DNA of 64,000 nucleotides. Source: Utricularia gibba. Its lineage: Eukaryota; Plantae; Magnoliophyta. Below, piece by piece: positions 1 through 11,541 of the stretch. A model generated the notes under the pieces. That model was not told where the DNA came from. It saw only the letters and a program-made list of their open reading frames with translations, and made no database searches. The position numbers were made by a program, and so were the translations under genes. The stretch's first letter is position 1. Each line of letters opens with the position of its first letter. The stretch is from positions 1,860,001 through 1,924,000 of the forward strand of contig NEEC01000008.1 in NCBI GenBank assembly GCA_002189035.1. Direction: 5' to 3'.

Positions 1-32
1 CAGTCTTAGCATGATTCCATCGATCCTTGCAG

Positions 33-689
33 CATCCATGGACAATGCGCAATTATCATGTTTGATGTTACTGCTCGATTGACTTACAAGAACGTCCCTA
101 CATGGCACCGAGATCTCTGCAGGTGCTTCTCGGCATGCAAGTCTCTAGGTTTTGGTCCCCTGCATATTGCAAAGCATGCACGTAACCGTCTTCTTTTGCT
201 TAATTTAGGGTTTGTGAGAATATCCCTATTGTGCTTTGTGGGAACAAAGTGGATGTGAAGAACAGGCAGGTGAAGGCCAAGCAAGTCACATTTCACAGGA
301 AAAAGAATCTGCAGTACTATGAGATATCCGCAAAGAGTAACTACAATTTCGAGAAGCCTTTCCTCTACCTCGCGAGGAAGCTTGCTGGGTATGTTCCGGA
401 CAGCTCTCAAGGCTGCTTTCACTGCAGCTTTTCCTTAACATTCCTTGATTTGCATGCAGTGATCAGAACCTACACTTCGTCGAGTCTCCAGCTCTTGCAC
501 CTCCTGAAGTCCACATTGATTTGGATGCACAGCGACAGTAAGTCCCTGAAAGGCTCTTGCAGTTCCTTTACATCCTTAATACTTTGCAACTGACCCCTGG
601 TGTCCCATTCTTTATCCAGACACGAAGCGGAACTTCTTCACGCTGTTACTCAGCCACTCCCAGACGATGACGACGATGCCTTCGAGTAG
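33..689 (+). CDS. RAN: Ran GTPase, 3' part (gene starts before the window); exons 33-122, 209-388, 460-537, 620-689
   Basis: Spliced translation: [30 protein letters not shown] / [60 protein letters not shown] / [26 protein letters not shown] / [22 protein letters not shown]. It has the NKVD G4 motif, the acidic Ran tail and GT-AG introns. Confidence 0.98.
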
Positions 690-1273
690 GCACGCTCGTG
701 TTGCCTGCCTCTACTCTATTTATATGGTGTGCCCAGATGTTCTTCTGCTTTGAGTCTCCCTTTCTCTCCCTCGGATCTATCTGGATAATGAAAGGGGATG
801 GCCTCTCGAAGCATGTGTGTTTGTGTGGTGGATGAGCAGAGAATAGCATTTGCTGGATTGTTGTTTCAGACCTCCATTGATAACTTTACTGCGTGATTTG
901 CAGTCATCTGTGATAGAAACCCCGCAAGTGCTTGTTGACGCTTGTTTGTCATTCCCGTATCTCTGTGCCAGAGAAAACAGAAACGACACAAGTCAGATGG
1001 TGAAACCAACTTGTTTGAAATGAAGACTCGTCGCCCAATGATACAGAGCAAAGGCTAACGTAAAAAAACTGGGTTACTACACCTTCTTCGCTTCATTAAC
1101 AACCATAAGCATTTGCACATCTCTCAGTTCTCATTGTGGAGCCACGGCATACTACGAGCCAACAAAAGTAGACTTTTTGGGTGGAAATGAGGAGCTTCAA
1201 CTAGTTCATAGTTATATCAAAATTTTACAATATATAATTTATTTATTAATTTTATATTATACTGCAATATAAT

Positions 1274-1567
1274 TTTCTAATATCAAAATTAATTCTATTC
1301 ATGAATTAAATTAATTCTAATTTATGAATTATACTCCCATGAAAATTAAAAACACATTTAATCCTCCCATGAAAATTTTGATTATATGACACTTTAAAAA
1401 CACTTCTCTGTAATTCATGAATAGAATTAATTTCTATTCAAAATGTAACCATATTGTATGTAATTCAAAATGTAACCATATTCAAGACAACACATTTAAT
1501 TTCTAATATCAAAATTATATGACACTATACTCCCATGAAAATTAAAAACACACATTTAATCCTCCCA
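1274..1567. repeat. AT-rich patchwork of short direct repeats
   Basis: TATACTCCCATGAAAATTAAAAACAC at 1330-1355 and 1526-1551; TTTCTAATATCAAAATTA at 1274-1291 and 1500-1517; TTCAAAATGTAACCATATT twice between about 1437 and 1482. Confidence 0.8.
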
Positions 1568-1789
1568 GTTGTCTTGTTACACGTCATCTTAGTGTCATTA
1601 TTTACGCAAAGCAAAATAAAGGAAAAAAAAACAAAGAATCCTAACGTGAATTCAAAATCCGTTGAAGCAAATTAAGACGAAAATATGGCGAGAGATATGT
1701 CAGGTGACGAATACACTGGTTGTCGTTGAAGATCGCAGGCCTGAAATCGTATTACCTACCCCAAGAAGGAAGGAAGGAAGGCTGGGTGA

Positions 1790-3222
1790 TCACTTGAGTT
1801 CCTCGCTCAACCCAGGCGGCATTCCCAGGCTCTGAGCAAGGTTGCTCATTCTTTTTTTCATGGCCTGCCCAGCAAAGGAGAGTTTAAAATCAAACGAGTC
1901 CGATTTCAAACTGCTTTGGTCATAGTTTCTTACCTCGACACTCTTCTGGTGGGCATCCTTGTACGCCTCAGTCACCAAGAGAGATAGCTTCTGCACAACA
2001 ATAACTCCAAGATATCACACTTCTTTTTTTTATGCAGTGTTGCTGAAAGAAAATAGCAAGCTAGGGGTGAGGCAAATGATCGGAGTCTTCTACCTCTACA
2101 CCTAGCTCCATGGCAGCCTCTGTGATCTCAATCCGTATAGGCTGTTGATTCCCGGAGAGTGTGGCCTAAAATATGATTTGTTACACCGAAACCTGAGAGA
2201 TCTTGTTGATAACAAGAAAGTAAGAGTGAAGCCTGTCGAAGTATACCTTTACCAACTCATCTTCACAGTAGCCATCAAATTCAGCACTGAGAAATAAACA
2301 AGTCACTCATCATTGTAATTTCAAGCAAATGGTCAGTGTGGAATGAGAGATCAAGGAGTGGGGTGTGTACGCAGCAAGTTCCTTTTGCACTTTTACAGCC
2401 TCCACTTGGACAACCATCTGCGCCTTTTTTACTGTTTCATATAAATTTTGCATGTTGCCCATGATACCTGCCTACAATTCAGAAAAGGTCTTGATTTAGA
2501 GCACCTGATAGATCAGAACGCAAAGCAAGTGAGATGTTGGGGAATAACACAAAACATTGTCCATGTTTCCACGGATGTCAACCAGCGGTTGAATCCACCC
2601 TCCGAAAGTGTAACAACAAGCACCGTGAAGCATGTTCCAACATTAACAGAAAAAAGTGTCTCAGCAATAGCAGAAATCACCTTGGAGGAATTGTCACCAT
2701 TCTTCTCAGTTCCATCCTTCTTACCGCCAAATAAAGAATTTATAGCAAGTGATCGCCTAATTTTCCGAACGGAACTACCTCTCCATACCGAGTTAGGCAA
2801 AAAAACTGCAGTTGCACCCTGATGAACCTTACCTGCAATACAAGAAGTAATAAGCAGAAGCCAAAAGCGCAACCTTGGACAGCTTATCCATGTATTTCAA
2901 GAAAGCAATGAACTTTCAGCAAAGGTGCGCAAAGCTCTTAAAAATTGCAAAAATGGAAGCACTCAATAGAATCAAGAAGTAAACACCGCCATGACACAAA
3001 CAGCAGAGAAAACTTGCATATGCATCCGACGGGGAAGTTTAGATATCCACGCTTTATCCATAACGGTATCTAGTTTCTGAAAACCTACTTTTTCTCCAAT
3101 GCTTACGTCATGGGTGAATTCAATTCTCATTTAGATGGATAAGGCAGCGAGAACTTACAAGATAAGAACGACGAGGGTGCCGGAAATTGAGTAGTAGGAG
3201 CGGCGCTCGGAGACATCGCCAT
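1790..3222 (-). CDS. STIC2: Plastid-targeted YbaB/EbfC-family protein (STIC2/STCL-like), multi-exon
   Basis: Exons translate as MAMSPSAAPTTQFPAPS (transit peptide-like) ...INSLFGGKKDG / AGIMGNMQNLYETVKKAQMVVQVEAVKVQKELA / AEFDGYCEDELVK / ATLSGNQQPIRIEITEAAMELG / KLSLLVTEAYKDAHQKSVE / AMKKRMSNLAQSLGMPPGLSEELK*. Which paralog it is remains uncertain. Confidence 0.92.
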
Positions 3223-4030
3223 TGCTGTATACTATTTGAATAATGCCCGACCGATTGATTGGTGCGGCGGCTGCTGATTCAAAATCTCTTCTTTCGTGGC
3301 CTGACGGATTGATTTTGTCACGGCTGCTTCCGATGCAAAACCTCTTCGTTCGTTATTTGCTGCTGTTACTCCATTTTATCTAGTGATTCAGGAGTTTCCA
3401 TTTCTTGCCCAAATTTAAGCCGAAATTCTGTATTCACCCCATCCCGTTAATTTTCGCTTTCTGTTTTTTGTTTCCATGGGTTTAAAATATAATTTCAAAA
3501 AGTTTAGGGTTCTTGGTGGTTCTTCCAAATATCCAAGTCCAAGGAACAAACACAACTTTCAAGGTCGGCTGCTCTGATTCTACCAAAGCCTTTTGTCTGC
3601 ATCACACAACTAAAAATGAGCCTCCCCAGAGAAAAATGGATACTCGGCAATGTAAATAAGCACAACTATAGAGAATTCCCGTTGCTTTCCAGCTTAGCTG
3701 CAGAGGGCCCTCCACTCGGGAATTTCCAGTGGAATCAGGCAGCCCCATGAAGTGAGACACAGTTGGGTTGATCTGTTGATTACCGCGGAGGATATCATTA
3801 TCTTCACAAAGGCAATGTGAGGAATCAACTAAGAAGAAAGGTAGTATATTGAAGGGAGAATGTTTGCAAAACAGAATCCAAAACTGGCAGAAGTTGTTTA
3901 TAAAGCACCTGCCATGGCAATATCAGATTACAGCGACTATTGACCATCAATCAAATGACTAGTTAATATAACTAGAAATCAGGAAAAAAATTCCAAATAA
4001 ACGAGAAATGGAAAGACTTCAACCTGATGA

Positions 4031-5308
4031 TCATTCCAGAACAATGACATCATCATCCAAATCTACAGGCTGAAAAGGTCCCTTTACACCATTTTTGGTA
4101 TCACCAAGTAACTCACTGGCTGCCTTCTCGAGAAATTCCTGGGCTGCAGAGCGAACAGACTTATTCTCTGACGACTGGTGCTTTCTTTTCTTTATGGGAG
4201 TTCTCTCCAGATACTTAAAATTTGATCCTTCTCCACAGCTGATTTCCTTCATCCTTTGCCTTTGCTCTGCAAGACTAGTTAATAGTTCAATGGGTCATCA
4301 TATGATTATATTAATCCAGTCCAGAGAAATCAGCCTATACCATGGGAAAGATGAGGCAAAGAATGTCCGATAACACGGGCTGCTGCCTTGGAATTAATCG
4401 CTACGGAAGGCCTCAGAGGTGCTGTGGATCAAAGAATAACCAACTCTGTGATTGTTTGCTCGAAAATATTGCTAAATATGAAGTGTAAAAATCTTGACAA
4501 CCAAACCTCTGCTCAAATCCATGCAGCGCTGAAGTTTCTCCTGATACAAACTTAGTCTCTCCTAGATACAGCACAGGAGCCAAGATAAAATGAAAGCAAC
4601 CAGTTAGAGGCTCTTATTCTGATCAGATGTATCCTCTCGGCCCATAGAAAACAAATTCAGGTAATTAAACACAAAAAAAAAATTTCATTTGGTTTATCAA
4701 CTGATGATCCAAGTCCCAATAATTCAATTAAACCTAACAAGGTTAAGAACCAAGCAAAGGACATATCATCATTAACATACTTTCTTACAAATTAAGTCCC
4801 AAATATAAACATATTCAAAGAAAATGCAGAGCACGAAAACATGAACAATAAATGAACTCTAACAGAGCGATCTACGCACCAGCTCCTTATTGATAGGATG
4901 ATCATCTAGGTTTACACCCTTACATCTCAACCTCACTGCAAAACAGTCATAAATTGAGCATAATAAACGTCATGCACACCAAAATCAAGAATTTGTGCCT
5001 TACAACACCAAAGAACAAGCGCAATCAAAACTGGGAACTCTAAAAACACCCAGAATCTCGGTTCAATTTCTAAAAACAAGCTTACACGCGAAAAGAGTAG
5101 TGGCTGCTACAGAAACCGAACACAACGCGCGTGCCCTTTCCAGAGGCTCCATCTTTGCGAGTATCTCTGTATCACAATAAGGCAAGAACTCTTCTAAATT
5201 AGTCTTCACTTCATCGATGTTGCTTGACGTTCTCTTCACCGCTTCCATCACGGATTCCGGTATCAGCTTGCCGCCGCAGTTACTGGCGTCACCGGTGGAG
5301 GTATCCAT
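4031..5308 (-). CDS. C1D: C1D/Rrp47 (Sas10/Utp3/C1D family) exosome cofactor, 5 exons
   Basis: MDTSTG...EPLERARALCSVSVAATTLFA / VRLRCKGVNLDDHPINKEL / ERLSLYQEKLQRCMDLSR / APLRPSVAINSKAAARVIGHSL / ...KKRKHQSSENKSVRSAAQEFLEKAASELLG...*. Confidence 0.88.
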
Positions 5309-6409
5309 CGTGACACCCTAAACAAAAGAAATCCTCGACAACCAAATTCCAATAGATTTAACCTTCGACAACATTCAACGGCAATGGCCAAACTCCAGAG
5401 GTCCTTGGAGTACCACCTAAACTGGATCAATTTTAGGGTTTTTTTAGTCCCGAAGAAATTATTTCAATTCGGTTTCTGTAAATAATTATTTAAAATATGA
5501 ATTCAATGTGAAGCTATATTTAACTTAAATTTATATTTTTTTAATGAAATTCAATAATTATAATAAAAATATTAAAATTAAATAAAAATTGTATTTTTAC
5601 TTATATATTACATAAATTTAATTAAAAATTAATTAACCTGATTCATTTTATATTAATATTAAAATATATAGCTTCATGAAAGGCGGCTATTCAAGATTCG
5701 GAAGTTGTACCTTTTTATTCCCTGCTCGTTGTTATGTACATCTCTTGGAGATCGTCCCGTACGGAAACTATAGGGGCAGTTTCGTCAACTCTGACGTGGG
5801 GCCTTCAGTAAAAAAAAGCGCACGGGTCGGAAAAGGGATTTTGTAGAAAGGCAGGGACTCAATCGTCAATAAAACCAAAGTATTTCCGCGTACGAAACTT
5901 GCAGAAAGGCGATCTGATTCAAGGGCGTTTCGGTCTTTTCGTGTGCCCCGCGTCCTCGCAAAAGGAATTTGAGAAAATGTGAGGGGGCATAAAAGCTATT
6001 TTCGCTTTCAAATCCCAACCTCGGAACGCATCGAAGAAAAGATAGCAGGCGCCGACTCATGGTTTTTACGACAGTTCGTGTTCATTGAGGTTGAGAAGAA
6101 GAAAAAAAAATATTAAGGTTGTTGTTTATTTTCTGCTGAGGGACACCGGAAGCAATCGGGCTGTCAGAAAGCTAAGAAAATACATACTTTATTCAGTAAA
6201 GGTTCTGCTGAGTGTTTCATGATTTTGTGATGGGATATCATTTTATGAAGCTTCTGCATCTATAGATACCTGGCCTCTATTGATCAATTCAGAAGCATAT
6301 TGAAATTGGTGCCTTTCTTCATTCTCTAGTGCGGGAGTGCTGGATCGGATTCTGGAGAGTTGGGAAAAAAAGTGTCAAGATTTGTATTCGCTGCTACTAA
6401 ACTAACAGA

Positions 6410-7444
6410 ATGTCTCCGACCAACTGGGAAGCTGACAAGATGTAAGGTTTCTTTCGTGCTTACTTCCATTTTTTTTCCTTTCGAAGAGATTTTGCCAGTT
6501 TGGATTCCGGAATTAGGATCCCGTGTTTGTTTCTTATTGGGTCGGGAACTTGCTGAAAACTGGCACTGGTTCTAATTTTGGATTACTAAATTTAGATAAT
6601 GGGTTGCACTAAATGATTAATTTTAAGGATGTATGATGTCAAAACTGACGGAAAAGGTTAAGTCTTCTGATCTTAGGTTTTAGCCATTGAGTGCTAAAAC
6701 GGAAATCTTAAGTATCTTTGTTACAGGTTTGAATTTTAAATAAGTGTGCTTCGGTGTGTAGGTGTATGCCACACTGTTAAAAGCAAATCTTGTGATCTGG
6801 TTGTGTGCCAAAATTATATTTTTACTTTATTCTGCATTTGTAATTGATTTCCATGTTTCGTTTTGCAATCTATTTTTTAGGTTGGATGTGTATATTCATG
6901 ACTATCTTGTTAAGAGAGAGTTGAAGGCCTCTGCTCAAGCTTTCCTTTCTGAGGCAAAAGTATCTTCAGACCCAGTTGGTGAGCATTCGAAAAGAAAATG
7001 CTTTCATGGATGCTAATGCTATATCTTGATATTCTCCTTTGTCGTGCATTTTCAGCTATTGATGCTCCTGGTGGTTTTCTCTTCGAATGGTGGTCAGTAT
7101 TTTGGGATATATTTATTGCCAGAACGAATGAGAAACACTCCGATGTTGCTGCATCTTATATAGAGGTTGATTAATTATCCTAATTCCTGAAATCTTACAA
7201 CTTTAATGATAGCTTGTATTTTGGGATGACCAGTGAAGATGAGCTGGATACTGTCTTTGTAATCCTGCACCACCATTCTTATGCTGGAAAATGAATTAGA
7301 TATCTAACCATTCTGAAGAATAAACAGGCTCAGGCATTGAAGGCAAGAGAGCAGCAGCTACAACAGCAACAGCCGCAATCTCAGCTGCCACAAAGCCCAC
7401 AGCAGCAGCAAATGATACAACAGTTTTTATTGCAGAGGCAAGCT

Positions 7445-7489
<45 letters not shown>

Positions 7490-10400
7490 CAACAACAGAT
7501 GCAGCAGCAGCAGAGGGAGGGTGGACACCTCTTGAACGGTTCCGCTAATGGAACTACTGGTAATGGTCCTCTTATGAGACAGAGTTTGGGAGCTACAAAT
7601 ACTTTAACAGCGGAGATGTATGAGAAAAAGCTAAAACTTTCTGTTCAAGGGGATTCACTGGAGGATGCAGCTCTAAAGGTATCCGTTGCATGCAAGATCG
7701 TGGTTTGGAAAATTTTTTGGTTCAGTGATGCTATTATACATTTCTTATCTGCAGAAGTTTGGTGACAATGTGGGACAGATTTTGGATCCTACCCAAGCAT
7801 CATTGTTGAAAGCAGCCGCAACAGCTAGTCAGGCATCTGGGTAAAAACCGCTTTGATTGCCATCTCAGATGTATTTGCATATATCTTCAATGACTAAGCG
7901 GCATGTTTATCTGAATGCGCTCGAAACCAGTTTCCTGGGTGGCATTGCAGTAGCGTTTAAAGCAGCATTTTTAGTTATCTGATGAATGCCTTTGAATACA
8001 TTTAAATTTCCAGGCAGGTGCTGCATGGTGCGGCAGGTGGAATGTCTCAACATATCCAAGCTAGGAACCAGCAATTTCAAGGATCTACACTGGTCAATAT
8101 TTTATTTTTCTTCTGTGTTAATCTTGTATTTGAAGGTTATTTAATTAGTCATTTATTTTTTTATTACTAGGATATCAAGCCTGAAATGAATCCTATTTTG
8201 AGTCCCAGGGCTGCTGCCCTGAAGCATCACTTACTGGAATGCCTGGTTCGCTTCTTAACTCTGCATTTGCTGTGATAGTCATTTGTTTTGCGCAGTTGAA
8301 TAATTTTTTGTAATGTACTAGCTTTTAGTTGGATCGCGTTAGCCATTGTGGGAAGGGAATAGTGCAGTTTATTATGGTTACCCATTATTTCTTTATCTCA
8401 TGATTTACACAATGACTTGTTGATCCAGGTCCAAATCAAGTTGGGAATAATTTGACCTTGAAAGGTTGGCCACTGACGGTGAGTTAATAATGCAATATAG
8501 CTTTCCTAGATTCTATGTGGAAATGATACATGCTTTATGCTCCTAGGTTACATTTTTTTCTGAAAATGTATGAGCTGGTGGAAGATACATATGTGCGAGT
8601 TGTTTTGATAAATGATAGAATACTCAAGTATTTGAGGATTTTCGTACTCATTTCTCTTGTCCTTGACAATTTGTCCTTAACTTGATAGCGAATTGACCAA
8701 TTCCGCTCCGGTCTTCTCCAGCAGCCCAAGCAGTTTATGCAGAATTCTCAGCCATTTCATCAATTACAGATGCTGACACCTCAACAGCAACAGCTTTTGC
8801 TTGCTCAACAGAATTCGACTTCACTATCTGCCAATGATTTGGAGAGCAAAAGCCTAAGAATGCTTCTCAATAATCGAAGTTTGTCAATGGGCAGAGATGG
8901 CATGCCGAATACTGTTGGTGATGTGATTTCCAACATGGGACCATCCTTGCAAGGTGGCTGCAATGGTGTGGCGCGTCCAGATCCTGATATGTTAATGAAG
9001 GTGCACTTTGGTTACATCATCAAAATGACATCCTTGTACTTCGTCCTCCGTGTAACTGATGATTCTGGTTTCTTTTATAGCTGAAAATAGCACAACTACA
9101 GCAGCAGCAGCTACTGCAACAACAGAGCAATAGTCAATCACAGCAACAGCAGCTTCAACAACAGGCATTTTCTAGTCAGCAGCTACAGGGTTCAAACCAC
9201 AATATACAGCAAGGTAAAGCTATGGCAGCTGGAAGTAATGCCGGTGATGGTAGCATGTCAAATTCTTTTCGTGGAAATGAACAGGTTCTTTTTCCATCGT
9301 AATGTCCACTGCATTCTGAAGGGTTTACATGTAGCAAAGTCGAAGGTGAACTTTGCTATGTTCATACATTTAAGGTTTCAAAGAACCAGAATGCAAGGAA
9401 AAGGAAACAGAATGCCTCCTCCTCTGGCCCCGCGAACAGTTCAGGAACTGCAAATACTTCTGGCCCTTCGCCAAGTTCTGCCCCCTCAACCCCGTCAACT
9501 CATACCCCAGGAGATGTCATGTCGATGAACTCTCTAGCTCAGAGTGCCTCTTCTTCAAAGCCAATGATGATGTTTGCACCTGACAATGCTGGCACTGTGA
9601 CGTCAACAACAAACAAGCCGGTAATATTTTCATCTGTTTTTCAAGCTTTTACACATCAGTCATACTTTCAAGTGCTAATGTTTCTATGAGAACATCATAC
9701 TGGTCAGTGGAGCAGCGACAAAGATCCTGTGCAGGCTGGTATGGATCGTTTCACGGATGACGCTGAGGATAATGTAGAGTCATTTTTGTCACATGATGAC
9801 ACTGACCCTCAAGATGCTGCTGGTCGTTCTGCAGATGCTGGCAAAGGCAAACATCTAACGATACTCAATTTCATACATTGTGGTGATAAAGCATAAAGTC
9901 TCTTAGCGTGATCTCACTTTGAATGCTGCTTAGGTATAACCTTTTCTGAAGTCAGTTCAGTACTTGCTAGTCCGAGTAAACTCATGTGTTGTCACTTCTC
10001 CTCGGATGGGAAGCTTCTTGCTAGTGGTGGTCATGACAAGAAGGTCATGCTTATTTCTTGTCTTTTGCTCGAGTCTGATAGTTCCAACTACTCAGAATAC
10101 ATATAAACCATCCTTCATTTTTGCAGGCTGTTTTATGGTACGCAGATGGTCTGAAGGTGAAGACCACTCTCGAGGAGCATGGCTCTTATATCACAGATGT
10201 TCGTTTCAGTCCTAGTACGGCCCGCCTTGCAACATCGTCATTCGACAAGACAGTCAAAGTCTGGGATCCTGAAAATGTTGGTTACTCAGGCATTTTGTTT
10301 TCCTGTTGGCGTTTACTGTTCCATCCAAGATAAGTCTAGCCATGTTGTGCAGCCTGGATACTCACTCCGCTCATTTTTTGGGCACAATGGTGGCATTATG

Positions 10401-11211
10401 TCGTTAGACTTCCATCCCAACAAAGAAGATCTTATATGCTCATGCGATGCGGATGGGGAGATCCGATACTGGAGCATAACGGATGGCCTGGCAGATGTTT
10501 TCAAGGTCTTGTATTCATAACTCAACAGTCAGCATATCATGTAAGCCCATGGTAGGCACAGTCTTCACATTCTCCTCCCTGCGGTTGCTCATTTCAGGGT
10601 GGTTCGGCCAAAGTGAGGTTCCAGCCTCGTCATGGCAGATACCTGGCTGCAGCTGGAGAGAACCTTGTCACGATATACGACGCCGAGACACGAACGTGCC
10701 TCCATTCATTGAAGGTTTGCATCTCTCTGATTGTGTATTAGAGTATGTGGCCGTCCGTGTTCACTCCTGCTTCTGTGGTCTGATACTTGCAGAGCCATGT
10801 AAAGCCGATCCGTTGCATCTGCTGGGACCAATCTGGCGAGCTCTTGGCATCTCTCAGTGAGGACTCCGTCAAGGTGTGGACGCTCCGATCAGGAAATGGG
10901 GATTGCCTTCGTGAGCTTAGCTGCAGCAATGGCAACAAGTTCCAGTCGTGCATCTTCCATCCTACATACGCTCCCGTTCTGGTCATCGGGTGTTATCAGG
11001 CAAGAACGAATCTCCTGGTTTCCCTAGTCTTTCACCTCGCCCCACTGAATTCATGGGTTTGATTATCCAGTCGCTGGAGCTTTGGAACACGAACGAGAAT
11101 CAGACGATGACTCTACCTGCACATGAAGGGCTGATCGCCTCGTTGGCAGCTTCAACAACAGGGCTGGTTGCATCCGCCGGTCATGACAAAGTGGTGAAGC
11201 TTTGGAAATGA
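6410..11211 (+). CDS. LUG: LEUNIG (Groucho/Tup1-like co-repressor): LUFS domain, poly-Q, 7 WD40; apparent 1-nt deletion at about 8216-8219
   Basis: [11 protein letters not shown] / [32 protein letters not shown] / [37 protein letters not shown], then Q-rich exons and [12 protein letters not shown]40 exons end ...[15 protein letters not shown]. Confidence 0.96.
7445..7513 (+). repeat. Coding CAG/CAA microsatellite (Q18-M-Q4) in LUG
   Basis: CAA(CAG)11(CAA)5CAG ATG (CAG)4 read directly from the sequence. Confidence 0.95.
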
Positions 11212-11541
11212 GTAGTGCACATAGACGGACATGTTGAATAGAACTTTCTCCTCCATTGATTTTCTTCCTTGGGCTGTAAACTTGTTTATCAGTGAAAGAA
11301 GTTCATTATCAGAGAAAGAAGTTCAGGTCACAAGGAAATCTGTAACAATCCTAACATATGTGCGTGTTACCAGCTGTTTGCAAAGCTATCAACCAAAATC
11401 ACACCAGAGACAGGTTCAAAATTGAAGTTGCAATCCATTCAAGCAAAAAATAGCCGCTTGACATGTCTGATTACATCACATGAACAGCCAGGATACCTGG
11501 GCATGTCCCAGGTGAAACACTGTCTGAATGGAAGTTCGGTA

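Noticed and set aside
3775-3795. ATTACCGCGG is complementary to a conserved 18S rRNA segment (possible C/D snoRNA guide)
   Set aside because: Only 10 nt, with no properly placed CUGA D box and no clear C box; likely chance.
5866-6060. 64-aa minus-strand ORF in the C1D/LUG divergent region
   Set aside because: No recognisable motif; it lies in promoter/leader sequence.
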